A stretch of 29,691 bases of DNA from an uncultured ANME-2 cluster archaeon. GTDB taxonomy: Archaea; Halobacteriota; Methanosarcinia; Methanosarcinales; Methanogasteraceae. How positions within the stretch are numbered: the stretch's first letter is position 1; the number at the start of each line of letters is the position of its first letter. Under the pieces are notes generated by a model. It was given only the letters and a program-made list of their open reading frames with translations. It ran no database searches and was not told where the DNA came from. This document shows positions 8,426 to 17,228 of this stretch, in pieces. The stretch lies in assembly GCA_965195165.1 (NCBI GenBank), contig CBDAFH010000090.1, positions 1-29,691 of the forward strand. The letters are read 5' to 3'. The position numbers and the translations under genes were made by a program.

Positions 8426-9028
8426 ACGACCGCAGCCATCCCTGCGCATGAAGGGTCTGCCGGCAAGATTCCTTCCGAACGTATCAGGACAATCGAGAAC
8501 GCTGGAAAGTTAAGGGTGCCGTTTACTACAGGACTTCTGATAGGGGTTGGCGAGAGCAAGGAAGACCGCATGCAGTCACTTTCAACGATTGCGGATCTGC
8601 ACATCCGGTACCGGCACATACAGGAGGTGATCATCCAGCCGTTCGCGCCAAAACCGGGAACCGGGATGGCGGATTCTCCTGAGCCGACACATCAGGAGAT
8701 GATGGAGACGGTATCGCTGGCACGAAGGATTCTGCCTGATGATGTTGCGATACAGGTGCCGCCGAACCTCACCGGGTTTTATGACCTGATCAGGTGCGGA
8801 GCATCAGATCTTGGCGGGATTTCGCCTTACACCATCGACTGGATCAATCCGGAGGCGAAGTGGCCCCAGATATCCGAACTGGCAGGGAAACTCGGGGGAA
8901 TCCGCCTCAGGGAACGCCTCCCGATCTATCCGCAGTATATACACGACCGCTGGTATGAGCGCGGTTCGAGACTCGCAGACCTGATCGAACAGTATGCAGA
9001 CGAGGAGGGGTACAGGGATGAAAAATGA
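8027..9028 (+). CDS. cofG: FO synthase subunit CofG (F420 biosynthesis, radical SAM)
   Basis: [94 protein letters not shown]. Confidence 0.95.
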   Translation: [333 protein letters not shown]

Positions 9029-10190
9029 CGCTGACGTTCTCGTGATCGGGGCAAGCCCGGCAGGCATAAGCGCAGCACTTGCTGCTTCTGCGCAGGATAT
9101 CGATGTGACATTGATTGAGCAAAAACGCGGCATCGGCGATCCTCCGCATCCGGCAAACACGTTCTTCCAGGGGATGTTTGACAAAACAAGCGAGGTCGTC
9201 CATTCAGAGTATGTGATCCGGGAGATGATCGGCGCCGAGATCGTATCGCCAAGCGGTAGCAGGATCGTTGTCGATGCGCCCGGATACATCATCGACCGGA
9301 GAAAATTCGATGAATACCATGTCAGGGAGTTGATAGAGCAGAACGTGGATATCCACACAGGTGTTACCGCTCATAACATCATCAAAAAGGATAAAAAGAT
9401 CCAGACCAGCACCTCTGACCGGACATTCACGTCAGAGATCGTGATAATCGCAGACGGCATCTCTTCTAAGTTATCTGCGCTTGCCGGGCTGCATCCGACA
9501 AAGTATCCGCACGATATCGCATGGGCGGTCGAAGCAGAGGTGGAAGCGGACGGAATCGGAGAACCCGACTTTTTCGAGTACCATGTCGGGAGCATCGCTC
9601 CTGGCTGGAAAGCGACATACTCGCCGTGCGGCGGCGATCGTGCGAATCTCGGGGTGTTTGTGCGGAGGCACGGACAGGACGTCTCGAGATTCTTTGACCT
9701 GTGGCTGGAGCGATTCAAGAAACAGAAGAACATATCCGATCTGCAGATCATCAGGAAGTATACGGGCGGCGATCCGATCGCAACCATCCCGAACAGAATC
9801 GTATCTGCAGGAATTATGGTCACAGGCGGCGCAGCAGGGCAGTCAGGCATCGGTTACGGGATGCATGCAGGCGAGATCTGCGGATCGGTGGCGGCAAAGG
9901 CGATAACGCAAGCGTCGACGCCGAAGGCGTTATCAGAATACCCGCGCCTCTGGGGGAAGGAATTTGGAAGTGAGTACCGGCTCGGGCGATCTGCCCTCGA
10001 AGCCCTGCGGAAGATGGATGATAAGGAGATCGATCGGCTGGTTGGCTTGTTTGCTGGCGAGGATGTGGGGCAGATCACTGGAACCGGCTCGCCGACCTCA
10101 AAGGCATTTCGTGTCATGCGGTTTATGCTGCGAAGAAAGCCAGTCTCCGCGCTTTCGTGCCTGCCGTCCCTTATCAGGGCGGGAATCTGA
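9018..10190 (+). CDS. Geranylgeranyl-reductase-family FAD-dependent oxidoreductase (divergent)
   Basis: N-terminal DVLVIGASPAG dinucleotide-binding motif, IDRRKFD, IIIADG..S, and overall GGR/DGGR layout. Overlaps the cofG end by 11 nt. Confidence 0.75.
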   Translation: MKNDADVLVIGASPAGISAALAASAQDIDVTLIEQKRGIGDPPHPANTFFQGMFDKTSEVVHSEYVIREMIGAEIVSPSGSRIVVDAPGYIIDRRKFDEYHVRELIEQNVDIHTGVTAHNIIKKDKKIQTSTSDRTFTSEIVIIADGISSKLSALAGLHPTKYPHDIAWAVEAEVEADGIGEPDFFEYHVGSIAPGWKATYSPCGGDRANLGVFVRRHGQDVSRFFDLWLERFKKQKNISDLQIIRKYTGGDPIATIPNRIVSAGIMVTGGAAGQSGIGYGMHAGEICGSVAAKAITQASTPKALSEYPRLWGKEFGSEYRLGRSALEALRKMDDKEIDRLVGLFAGEDVGQITGTGSPTSKAFRVMRFMLRRKPVSALSCLPSLIRAGI

Positions 10191-10288
10191 CTCTTCTGAA
10201 AGTAAACCACACAAAAACACCGCAGAACACAACAGTTAATTTAACGTACATGCATACTGTATAATCTTGAAGAGAGGTAGCAGGTCAC

Positions 10289-11446
10289 ATGCCCACGAAG
10301 AAGGACTATTATGAGATCATCGGGATCCCTAAGGACGCTGATGAGAAGGATATCAAGAAAGCATACCGAAAACTGGCGATGCAGTATCATCCTGACAGAA
10401 ATAAAGAGCCAGAAGCAGAAGATAAGTTTAAAGAGATCTCGGAGGCTTATGGTGTGCTGTCTGATCCTGAAAAGCGGAAACAGTACGATCGGTTCGGGCA
10501 TGCCGGCATCGATTCGCAGTACACACAGGAAGACATCTTCGGGAGCATCAACTTCGAAGACATCTTCAGAGGGTTTGGTGGCGGTGGTGCAGGCGGGAGC
10601 GGAAGCATCTTCGAGACTTTCTTTGGCGGGGGCGGTGTACGACGGGGTCCGGAGCGTGGTTCGGATCTGAGGTATGACCTGCGCATATCGCTTGAGGATG
10701 CTGCAACAGGCATCGAGAAGAAGGCAGACGTGATGCGCACGGAAACGTGCGACGTCTGCAAAGGAACTGGCGCAAAACCCGGCACAACTTCGAAGACGTG
10801 TACGTACTGCCACGGCACCGGGCAGATCAGTCAGGCGAGGCGTACGCCATTTGGGCAGTTCATCACAGCATCCCCATGCCCACACTGTAGCGGCGCAGGC
10901 AAGATCATCGAATCCCCGTGCAGTTCCTGCAACGGCAGAGGCAGGGTACGCCGCCCCAGGACGCTCTCGATCCATGTTCCAGCTGGTATCGGGTCGGGAG
11001 ACCGGATACCCCACCGGGGTGAAGGAGAGGCAGGGACGAGAGGCGGCCCCCCCGGAGACCTGTACATCTTCGCGCATATCGATCCGCATCCGGTATTCAA
11101 GCGTGACGGGAATGACATCCTGTATGAACTGCCGATCCGCTTCACGCAGGCTGCACTCGGCGACGAGGTTCTGGTTCCGACACTGCACGGCGACGTGCGG
11201 ATGAAGATTCCCGCAGGCACCCAGTCCGGTTCGACCCTCCGTCTGCGCGGCAAAGGGATGCCAAAACTCCACGGGCTCGGGAAAGGAGACCAGCTCGTGA
11301 AAGTCGGTGTCGTTGTTCCAACACACCTCTCTGCACGAGAACAGGAACTGCTCACAGAACTACAGAAGATCGAGGATAAAAACCCTTCAAAAGGTGGAAA
11401 GAAGCACAAGGGGATATTTGAAAAGGTGAAGGACGCATTCGTATGA
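10289..11446 (+). CDS. dnaJ: Chaperone DnaJ
   Basis: J domain with HPD, G/F-rich region, four CxxCxGxG repeats, and C-terminal substrate-binding domain. Confidence 0.97.
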   Translation: MPTKKDYYEIIGIPKDADEKDIKKAYRKLAMQYHPDRNKEPEAEDKFKEISEAYGVLSDPEKRKQYDRFGHAGIDSQYTQEDIFGSINFEDIFRGFGGGGAGGSGSIFETFFGGGGVRRGPERGSDLRYDLRISLEDAATGIEKKADVMRTETCDVCKGTGAKPGTTSKTCTYCHGTGQISQARRTPFGQFITASPCPHCSGAGKIIESPCSSCNGRGRVRRPRTLSIHVPAGIGSGDRIPHRGEGEAGTRGGPPGDLYIFAHIDPHPVFKRDGNDILYELPIRFTQAALGDEVLVPTLHGDVRMKIPAGTQSGSTLRLRGKGMPKLHGLGKGDQLVKVGVVVPTHLSAREQELLTELQKIEDKNPSKGGKKHKGIFEKVKDAFV

Positions 11447-11554
11447 ATTAGATCGTCCGGGTCTGCCGCGGGTGGGGAAATCGGTGGATTAGTATAACTT
11501 TTTCCCGCGTGTCGGGGGCTGCCCGAGTCGCTCCATGAAAATCTATTAGTAACC

Positions 11555-12010
11555 ATGAACGATCATCAAAGGATGGCAGTGGATTATGCAAAGATTAGTG
11601 TAGCCGAGATTATGACACGGGACGTTGTGACCGTCATCGAGGAGACCACAATCGATGATCTACTGGAGCTGTTCAGGAAGCATCACTACCACAGCTACCC
11701 GGTCGTAACAAAAATCGGTGAACTCTCTGGAATCATCAGCGAGGATATCGTTCTGGAGATCCTGCTGTTTGACCGGATACCTGCGTCAGGACATACACAT
11801 CTATCAGCAGTCCGGTCGCTTGGCGATGATGCAAGCGGGATCATGATGCCCTATCCGGTAACCGTCTCCCCGGGTACCAGTCTATCCGAAACCGCTGACC
11901 TGATGCTCAGGCATCGTGTCGACCGCATCTGCGTGGTCGATTCCGGAAAACTCATCGGCATTCTATCAAAAAGGGACATCGTCAATGAGATATGCAAACG
12001 AAGAGACTGA
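11555..12010 (+). CDS. CBS-domain pair protein
   Basis: IMTRDVVTV...YPVV...GIIS and IMMPYPVTVSP...RICVVD.GKLIGILSKRDI. Confidence 0.88.
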   Translation: MNDHQRMAVDYAKISVAEIMTRDVVTVIEETTIDDLLELFRKHHYHSYPVVTKIGELSGIISEDIVLEILLFDRIPASGHTHLSAVRSLGDDASGIMMPYPVTVSPGTSLSETADLMLRHRVDRICVVDSGKLIGILSKRDIVNEICKRRD

Positions 12011-12013
12011 AAC

Positions 12014-13204
12014 ATGCACGCACTACTGGCGCTCCTCCTGATCCTATTTCTGGCGAAGGTATTCGGGGAACTGGTCGAACGGGCAGGTTTTCCGAGCATC
12101 CTTGGCGAGATCGTTGCAGGCATCGTCTTCGGACTGTTCTTCCTGCGTCCTGACAACGAGGCGCTGCTATTCTTCAGCGAACTCGGCGCCATATTCCTAT
12201 TGTTCACTGCCGGATACAAGGAGATCAATCTGCGGGAACTGAAGACGGCATCGAAGATGGCGCTGATCCCGACCCTATCGCAGGTGCTGGTTGCATTCGG
12301 CTTTGGGTTTCTGCTCGGCGCCATATTCGATTTCTCACAGATGGCACGTCTCTTCATAGGGGTTGCATTCAGCATAACCAGCATCGGCGTGTCGGTAAGG
12401 ACACTGATCGATCTCGACTATCTCTCAAAGAAGATCGGATCGACGATGCTTGCATCTGCAATCCTTGATGACCTCATCGGAATTTTCATGCTCTCGGTGG
12501 TGATCTCCATAGCTGCCAACCAGCAGATACCAGCAGGCATGGAGATACTGGTCATAGCAGGCAAGATGCTCGGCTTCATAGCCGTCATGGCAGTCCTCGG
12601 GCGTGTGGTCTTTCCGGTGCTGTTTACGTACATACACCGGATGCGCGTGAAGGAGTCGATCTTTGCGTTTGTGGTCATGATCGCTCTATTCTCTGCATAC
12701 CTTGCCGAGGCATTCGGCCTACATGCGGTGATCGGGGCATTCATCGGCGGGGCATGTCTGTCGAGTGTGCCGCTCGCAAAGATCGAGGATGTGCAGAGCA
12801 AGGTTTCCGGCATCGCTTACGGGATATTCATACCGATCTTCTTTGCGTTCATCGGGCTATCTGTCGATCCGGCTGCGATACAGGCGGCAGGACTGTTCGC
12901 ACTCCTCGTAATCGTGATGGCACTTTTCGGAAAACTGATCGGAGGATTCATCGGATCGAGGATCGCTGGTTTCGACTCCTATGACAGTCTGATCTTCGGT
13001 GTCGGTGTGATGCCGAGGGCAGGCATCGAACTCGTGGTGATATCGGCTGGCAGGAGTATGGGCATCATCGGGGACGAGATCTTCTCTGCGATCGTCCTGA
13101 TGGTTGCGGTCTCGGTTATCGTCTCTCCTGTGCTGCTTAAATTCGCAATCGGGCTTGCGGAGCGGCGCATCACCCCGGAACCCACAAACACACAGCCACG
13201 GTAG
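12014..13204 (+). CDS. Cation:proton antiporter (CPA2 / Na+/H+ exchanger family)
   Basis: About 12 hydrophobic segments; PSILGEIVAG, SITSIGVSVRTL, AILDDLIG, FIPIFF..IG, GVMPRAG. Confidence 0.9.
   Translation: MHALLALLLILFLAKVFGELVERAGFPSILGEIVAGIVFGLFFLRPDNEALLFFSELGAIFLLFTAGYKEINLRELKTASKMALIPTLSQVLVAFGFGFLLGAIFDFSQMARLFIGVAFSITSIGVSVRTLIDLDYLSKKIGSTMLASAILDDLIGIFMLSVVISIAANQQIPAGMEILVIAGKMLGFIAVMAVLGRVVFPVLFTYIHRMRVKESIFAFVVMIALFSAYLAEAFGLHAVIGAFIGGACLSSVPLAKIEDVQSKVSGIAYGIFIPIFFAFIGLSVDPAAIQAAGLFALLVIVMALFGKLIGGFIGSRIAGFDSYDSLIFGVGVMPRAGIELVVISAGRSMGIIGDEIFSAIVLMVAVSVIVSPVLLKFAIGLAERRITPEPTNTQPR
13111..13186 (+). repeat. Direct repeat copy 2A: antiporter 3' end and spoIIM-like 3' end junction
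   Basis: 76 bp with 8 mismatches to 14502-14577, ungapped. Confidence 0.95.
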
Positions 13205-13255
13205 ACACTCGGGCATCCACCTCTGAAAAAATAAGAACCGGGCGACGACTTACCT

Positions 13256-13306
13256 GCCGCCGCCCTTCTATAATTTTCGCGCCTATTCCGCCCGAAGCAG
13301 ACTTGG
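13256..13306 (-). repeat. Non-coding repeat copy C with BRE/TATA-like core
   Basis: GCCGCCC(TCC)TTCTATAATTTT(C/T)GCGCCTATTCCGC...CCGAAGC(A/G)GACT is shared with 14447-14506. The minus strand reads GCG(A/C)AAA(A)TTATAGAA. Confidence 0.8.
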
Positions 13307-13314
13307 GTCCAGCG

Positions 13315-13424
13315 CTCTAACCTGCTCGACAAACTCAGTAACCGTCTCCCGAAACTTGGGCCCCTCACTTGCAGAGACCCATTCAAGATGCACGCGTCCC
13401 TCGAGTCCGAGAAGCTTATTCGGT
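13315..13424 (-). other. Degenerate attC-like site at the 3' end of the DUF2806 cassette
   Basis: Minus strand: ACCGAAT overlaps the stop codon, followed by imperfect palindromes (CTTCTCGGAC / GTCGAGCAG) and GTTAGAG. AAC is changed to AAT and the spacer geometry is non-canonical. Confidence 0.4.
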
Positions 13425-14280
13425 ACTGTCTTTTGGTAAGTGATTCTTCCATTTGTCCTTCACATAATCCATAAAGCCATCAACCGGTTCACCTCCACAA
13501 ATCGGAGCTAACTCTTGTCCAATTTTAGTCAGCAAAACCTTGCCAATGTTAAGATTATTATCTGTTTCTTTCGCGAACGATAGTTCAAGAACCTGATCAT
13601 AGTATGATACAGAGATCTTCTGTGACCGACATTCTGTGGCAAACCCTAAGTTATTGAACTTAATTAATCCTATACTATCAAGATGACTGAGAGAGTCAAA
13701 ATTGATTTCCTTATTGTTATAGATGTCTGCTTGGTAATCAAAAACCAATGGTTTAACAACGTTTTCGATCATCCATCCAAACCCACACAAATCGCTGAAG
13801 AGTTTTGCTTCGGATTTGTCAAGGTCAGACAGAAAGTTCACAGTCCTCTTGGAATATGTCCCGGGAACATTAGCCTCTCCAGAAAGCACTCTGGACCAGA
13901 GATTTTGCATTTCATCATCAGAAACAATACGGCACTTATCGAAGAAATTGGTGATCCAGTCATCATCCATTTGTGATGGGTCTCCTGTATCGTCAAGTTG
14001 TGGAAGTGCTTTCGATATAATATTTTCCATATTGCTTTGGCGTTTTGCTTCTTCCTCAACAAAGCGGTGCATAGTCCGGCGACGTAAATCAGTAATCTGT
14101 AATCTGTATTTCAGACTCAGCCTTTATCAGATCAGCCTCTGCTTCCGCCTTTGCGACTCTCGTAATCTGCCAAGGTTCAAAAATTGCGCCTACTGCACCA
14201 GATACTTTCTTGAGGAGCGTGTCAACAGGTTTTGACAGATTGCCTAAATTCACAAGTGATATGGATTTGTCTTCAGACAT
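13416..14280 (-). pseudogene. DUF2806-family gene frameshifted by a 7-bp tandem duplication
   Basis: MSEDKSISLVNLGNLSKPVDTLLKKVSGAVG...AKAEAEA continues into RFVEEEAKRQ...DDDWITNFFDKCRIVSDDEMQNLWSRVLSGE. Removing one TAATCTG copy (14093-14106) gives IQITDLRRRTMHRF and a 285-aa ORF. Confidence 0.85.
14093..14106 (+). repeat. 7-bp tandem duplication TAATCTG x2
   Basis: Seen directly; it causes the DUF2806 frameshift. Confidence 0.95.
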
Positions 14281-14307
14281 ATTTTTCAATTCCTTGGGGT
14301 TTTGATT

Positions 14308-14405
14308 ACCGAACGACCGCGAGATAAGGTTCAGAAATGCTCGCATAATCGTGCCGTGGGGCATGTATTATACGGCAATCTGAAGCTCCATTGAGAATGT
14401 TAGGC
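14308..14405 (-). other. attC-like site upstream of the DUF2806 gene
   Basis: Minus strand: perfect RYYYAAC (GCCTAAC), a long imperfect stem (TTCAGA-T-TGC-CGTATAAT / ATTATGCG-A-GCA-TT-TCTGAA), then GTTCGGT, 27 nt before the ATG. L-box pairing is poor. Confidence 0.5.
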
Positions 14406-14446
14406 GGCGTGTAGCTTTAACTTGCCGCACAGCGGCGGCGAAAAAG

Positions 14447-14506
14447 GTCGCCGCCCTCCTTCTATAATTTTTGCGCCTATTCCGCCACAACCCGAAGCGG
14501 ACTCGG
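14447..14506 (-). repeat. Non-coding repeat copy D with BRE/TATA-like core
   Basis: Partner of 13256-13306; fused directly to repeat 2B. Confidence 0.8.
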
Positions 14507-14577
14507 TTGTCGCCTCTACTGTGCTGCTTAAATTCGCAATCGGGCTTGCGGCGCGGCGCGTCATCCCAGAATCCACA
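14502..14577 (+). repeat. Direct repeat copy 2B
   Basis: Reads VLLKFAIGLAARRVIPEST in the antiporter frame and supplies the spoIIM-like stop codon on the minus strand. Confidence 0.95.
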
Positions 14578-15118
14578 GCAAGGCAGGTGTGATGAACGTC
14601 TCAATCACGGCTGCGACGAACAGGAGTGGGAGAATCCATCTGAAATAGAAGGATATTGACCATTTAAGCGTGGATAGGATCTCTTCAGTGGATATCTTGC
14701 CGCTTATCCGGAGCAGCACCATCATCCCAATACGCGTCCCGAGAGCAGCGCTTAAGAGGACCATCGGAAGTTCGATTATGCCGTGCGGCAGGATCGCGGC
14801 TGCAACATACAGGGGACCATTTAGGCGTGCGGACTCGCACATAACGATGCCGAGAATGTATCCGTTAAACACGATGAACATGATCGGGACGATCACGAGT
14901 ACCCCAAGTACGATTGCAAGAAAACTCTTGAACGCATTGTTCAGGAATATGACAAATGAAATCAGAATCGGGTCCAGATCCATGATCCAGCCGAGTTCGC
15001 CGGATAGTTCCTGCATAACCATTGCAGATTCATACGGATTCGAGTCCGCATACAGGTATCCGGATACCACCGAGACCAGAAAGATCGCCGTTACAAGTAC
15101 TGCACACTTCTTAAGCAT
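14561..15118 (-). CDS. SpoIIM/DUF95-family membrane protein
   Basis: IFLNN....F, FNGYILG, ILPHGIIELP, AAVIETFITP. Confidence 0.88.
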   Translation of the reverse strand: MLKKCAVLVTAIFLVSVVSGYLYADSNPYESAMVMQELSGELGWIMDLDPILISFVIFLNNAFKSFLAIVLGVLVIVPIMFIVFNGYILGIVMCESARLNGPLYVAAAILPHGIIELPMVLLSAALGTRIGMMVLLRISGKISTEEILSTLKWSISFYFRWILPLLFVAAVIETFITPALLWILG

Positions 15119-15122
15119 CCTA

Positions 15123-15950
15123 TCACGCCCCAAAGAGGATCAGGATCGTGTTCCTGCATCCCGGAGCTAATCCTAGCACAAGAACCACGAGTTTCAGCAG
15201 ATCCAAGAGTTCGGTTTCATCAAACTCGCTATCGATTAGATAGAGCATTGGAATTAACAGGAGCAGTTTGAGTGGATACATCACAGCACCGGAGCCTGTG
15301 AGATCGATTAAGTAATTCTCAACCACGTGCTTACCAGAATAACCCGTAAGAACGTCGATGGCAACTGTTGTTGAGGATGCGTCAAGCAGATGCGCTCCAA
15401 GAATTGCTATGTTAAACCTGCCGCGCAAAAATTCGATCTTTGCGAACCCCGCGCCCACATAGATCGATGCGGTGATTAACACAGTGAGCGCCACTATGAG
15501 CAGTGCTTCCAGAGGATGCGCAATGCCTTCATTCCAGAGCAGCACACCGATATTCAAGGACGTAAGACCAAGTCCGATGGCGGCGAATGATATGTAGTAT
15601 CGCTCTTTATAAATACGAAGCGATAGTATAAGCGATAGCATCGTAATGGCGAACACAACAAAATATATATTTGGGGTTATTAGGATGTATTTGAGCGGGG
15701 GGGCAAAGATATCGGCATCCACGAGAACGCGAAGACTCGATCCGAACATGACGTAGCAGACTACCCCTATTACAAAACTCTGGTCGATCGTAACACCCAA
15801 ACGTTTGAAAACGTTAAGCGAATGGAGGGCATAGACACAGAGAACAAGCACCATCGCCCACGTGAGGGTGTTTACTATGTTGTACCCGGAATCGGTCACG
15901 ATCGGATCCACGTAATGCGTGGTTATGAATTCCTGTATCTCTGACAGCAT
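15123..15950 (-). CDS. DUF63-family archaeal membrane protein
   Basis: YVDPIV.DSGYNIVNTLTWA, GSSLRVLVDA, ITPNIYF, HLLDASST, KHVV, LGLAPG.RN. The start at 15950 is inferred. Confidence 0.85.
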   Translation of the reverse strand: MLSEIQEFITTHYVDPIVTDSGYNIVNTLTWAMVLVLCVYALHSLNVFKRLGVTIDQSFVIGVVCYVMFGSSLRVLVDADIFAPPLKYILITPNIYFVVFAITMLSLILSLRIYKERYYISFAAIGLGLTSLNIGVLLWNEGIAHPLEALLIVALTVLITASIYVGAGFAKIEFLRGRFNIAILGAHLLDASSTTVAIDVLTGYSGKHVVENYLIDLTGSGAVMYPLKLLLLIPMLYLIDSEFDETELLDLLKLVVLVLGLAPGCRNTILILFGA

Positions 15951-15988
15951 GGTGCTTGGCTCCGTTATCGTAGAATTAGATATGCGGT

Positions 15989-16294
15989 ATGGGGGATAAA
16001 GCGATTGGTGTGCCTGCAATAAATGTCCGGTCGAAACGTCCGAGAGACGTCTTGAATGAGATCAAGTGGCGCGGCTACCAGATGCACGAATGCACGATCT
16101 ACTACCTGCACAGGGGTGCGCCCGATGACACCCGGATCGTCAGGGGCTCTGATATCACACGTCTTGGCAATTCGTTCTTCACGCTCGAAAACAGCTCCAG
16201 CATCCCGTACCACCGGATACGGAGGATCGAGTACGGGGGCGAGGTCGTCTACCAGAAGGGGCAGGGGCAGGGGCAGGATGAATCCGTCCAATAA
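15989..16294 (+). CDS. DUF504 / MJ1316-like RNA-end-recognition domain protein
   Basis: PRDVLNEIKW, YLHRGAP, IPYHRI. The start is uncertain. Confidence 0.8.
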   Translation: MGDKAIGVPAINVRSKRPRDVLNEIKWRGYQMHECTIYYLHRGAPDDTRIVRGSDITRLGNSFFTLENSSSIPYHRIRRIEYGGEVVYQKGQGQGQDESVQ

Positions 16295-16343
16295 GGTTAA
16301 TACGATACGGATCACAGTGATATGAGGTACTTGGGGGTAAACG

Positions 16344-17228
16344 ATGAAGAAAGACTTAAAAATGACAAAGGGAACCATGTTAATTCTGATCCTGGTCCTT
16401 GTATCCTCTGTGGTTCTGGGGATCGGGATTAAAGACCGGTTATCGCAGCAGGGCGGGGATGGTAACTACGTAGCCCCGACTCCCACGCCGGAAAGTGCGT
16501 CGGTCTGGGACGTCTTCGATGAGGGTGTGCCGGATGCTGGCAACGAATCTGGCGAGCAGGATATGGGTGAAAATGAGTCGCTGCCATCAGCAGAACCTGA
16601 ACTTGAGCCGACCAGCAACCGCGCCGAACCGGAAACCGAGCCTGCGATACTCGATAGCGATCTTATATGGTTAGATGATCTGTACGCGAGCTGCTATGAT
16701 CGTGAAACCGATCTCTGGCTCGTCTATGAGGCGCGTGTCGGCGAGGGGATGGGGGTATTCGGTGATCGGACCGTATACCGTTACGATGCCGCAGACTCGC
16801 GCTGGGAATCGTTTGCAAGCAAGTCACCTGATGAAATCTGGATGATCAAGAGCCAGATCATACAGTCAGGTGATATGCTGTATCTGTCCCAGTGGAATAA
16901 CACAACATGGGTTAAGCATTCGAAGGAGGGATCTACGCTCGAACTCGGCAGCGGTCGGGTATGGTTTAATGATGACGGAGCAGATTGTTACGATGGCTTG
17001 CGCACGATCGACTCATCGATATCAGTAGGGGATGGTCGTTTCTCGTGCACGGTAAACGGCGGCACCCCACCGATCACATACAACTGGAGAGCTGGAGCAG
17101 GCAGGCAGACCGGGGATGCAAGTTCGTTTGAGCCGGAACTCGCGAATGGAACACATAGCATCACGCTTGTTGTCACGGATGCAAGCGGCAGGACAGCTAC
17201 GGATACCGTGGAAGCGAAGATCACCTGA
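16344..17228 (+). CDS. Exported or membrane-anchored hypothetical protein with acidic Pro-rich linker and C-terminal PKD-like domain
   Basis: N-terminal hydrophobic helix, PTPTPE/EPE linker, and C-terminal GGTPPITYNW...GTHSITLVVTDASG.TATDTV. Confidence 0.65.
   Translation: MKKDLKMTKGTMLILILVLVSSVVLGIGIKDRLSQQGGDGNYVAPTPTPESASVWDVFDEGVPDAGNESGEQDMGENESLPSAEPELEPTSNRAEPETEPAILDSDLIWLDDLYASCYDRETDLWLVYEARVGEGMGVFGDRTVYRYDAADSRWESFASKSPDEIWMIKSQIIQSGDMLYLSQWNNTTWVKHSKEGSTLELGSGRVWFNDDGADCYDGLRTIDSSISVGDGRFSCTVNGGTPPITYNWRAGAGRQTGDASSFEPELANGTHSITLVVTDASGRTATDTVEAKIT

Noticed and set aside
16258-16279. GGGCAG x3 at the end of the DUF504 gene
   Set aside because: A short coding microsatellite (GQGQGQ) in a non-conserved tail with no frame effect.
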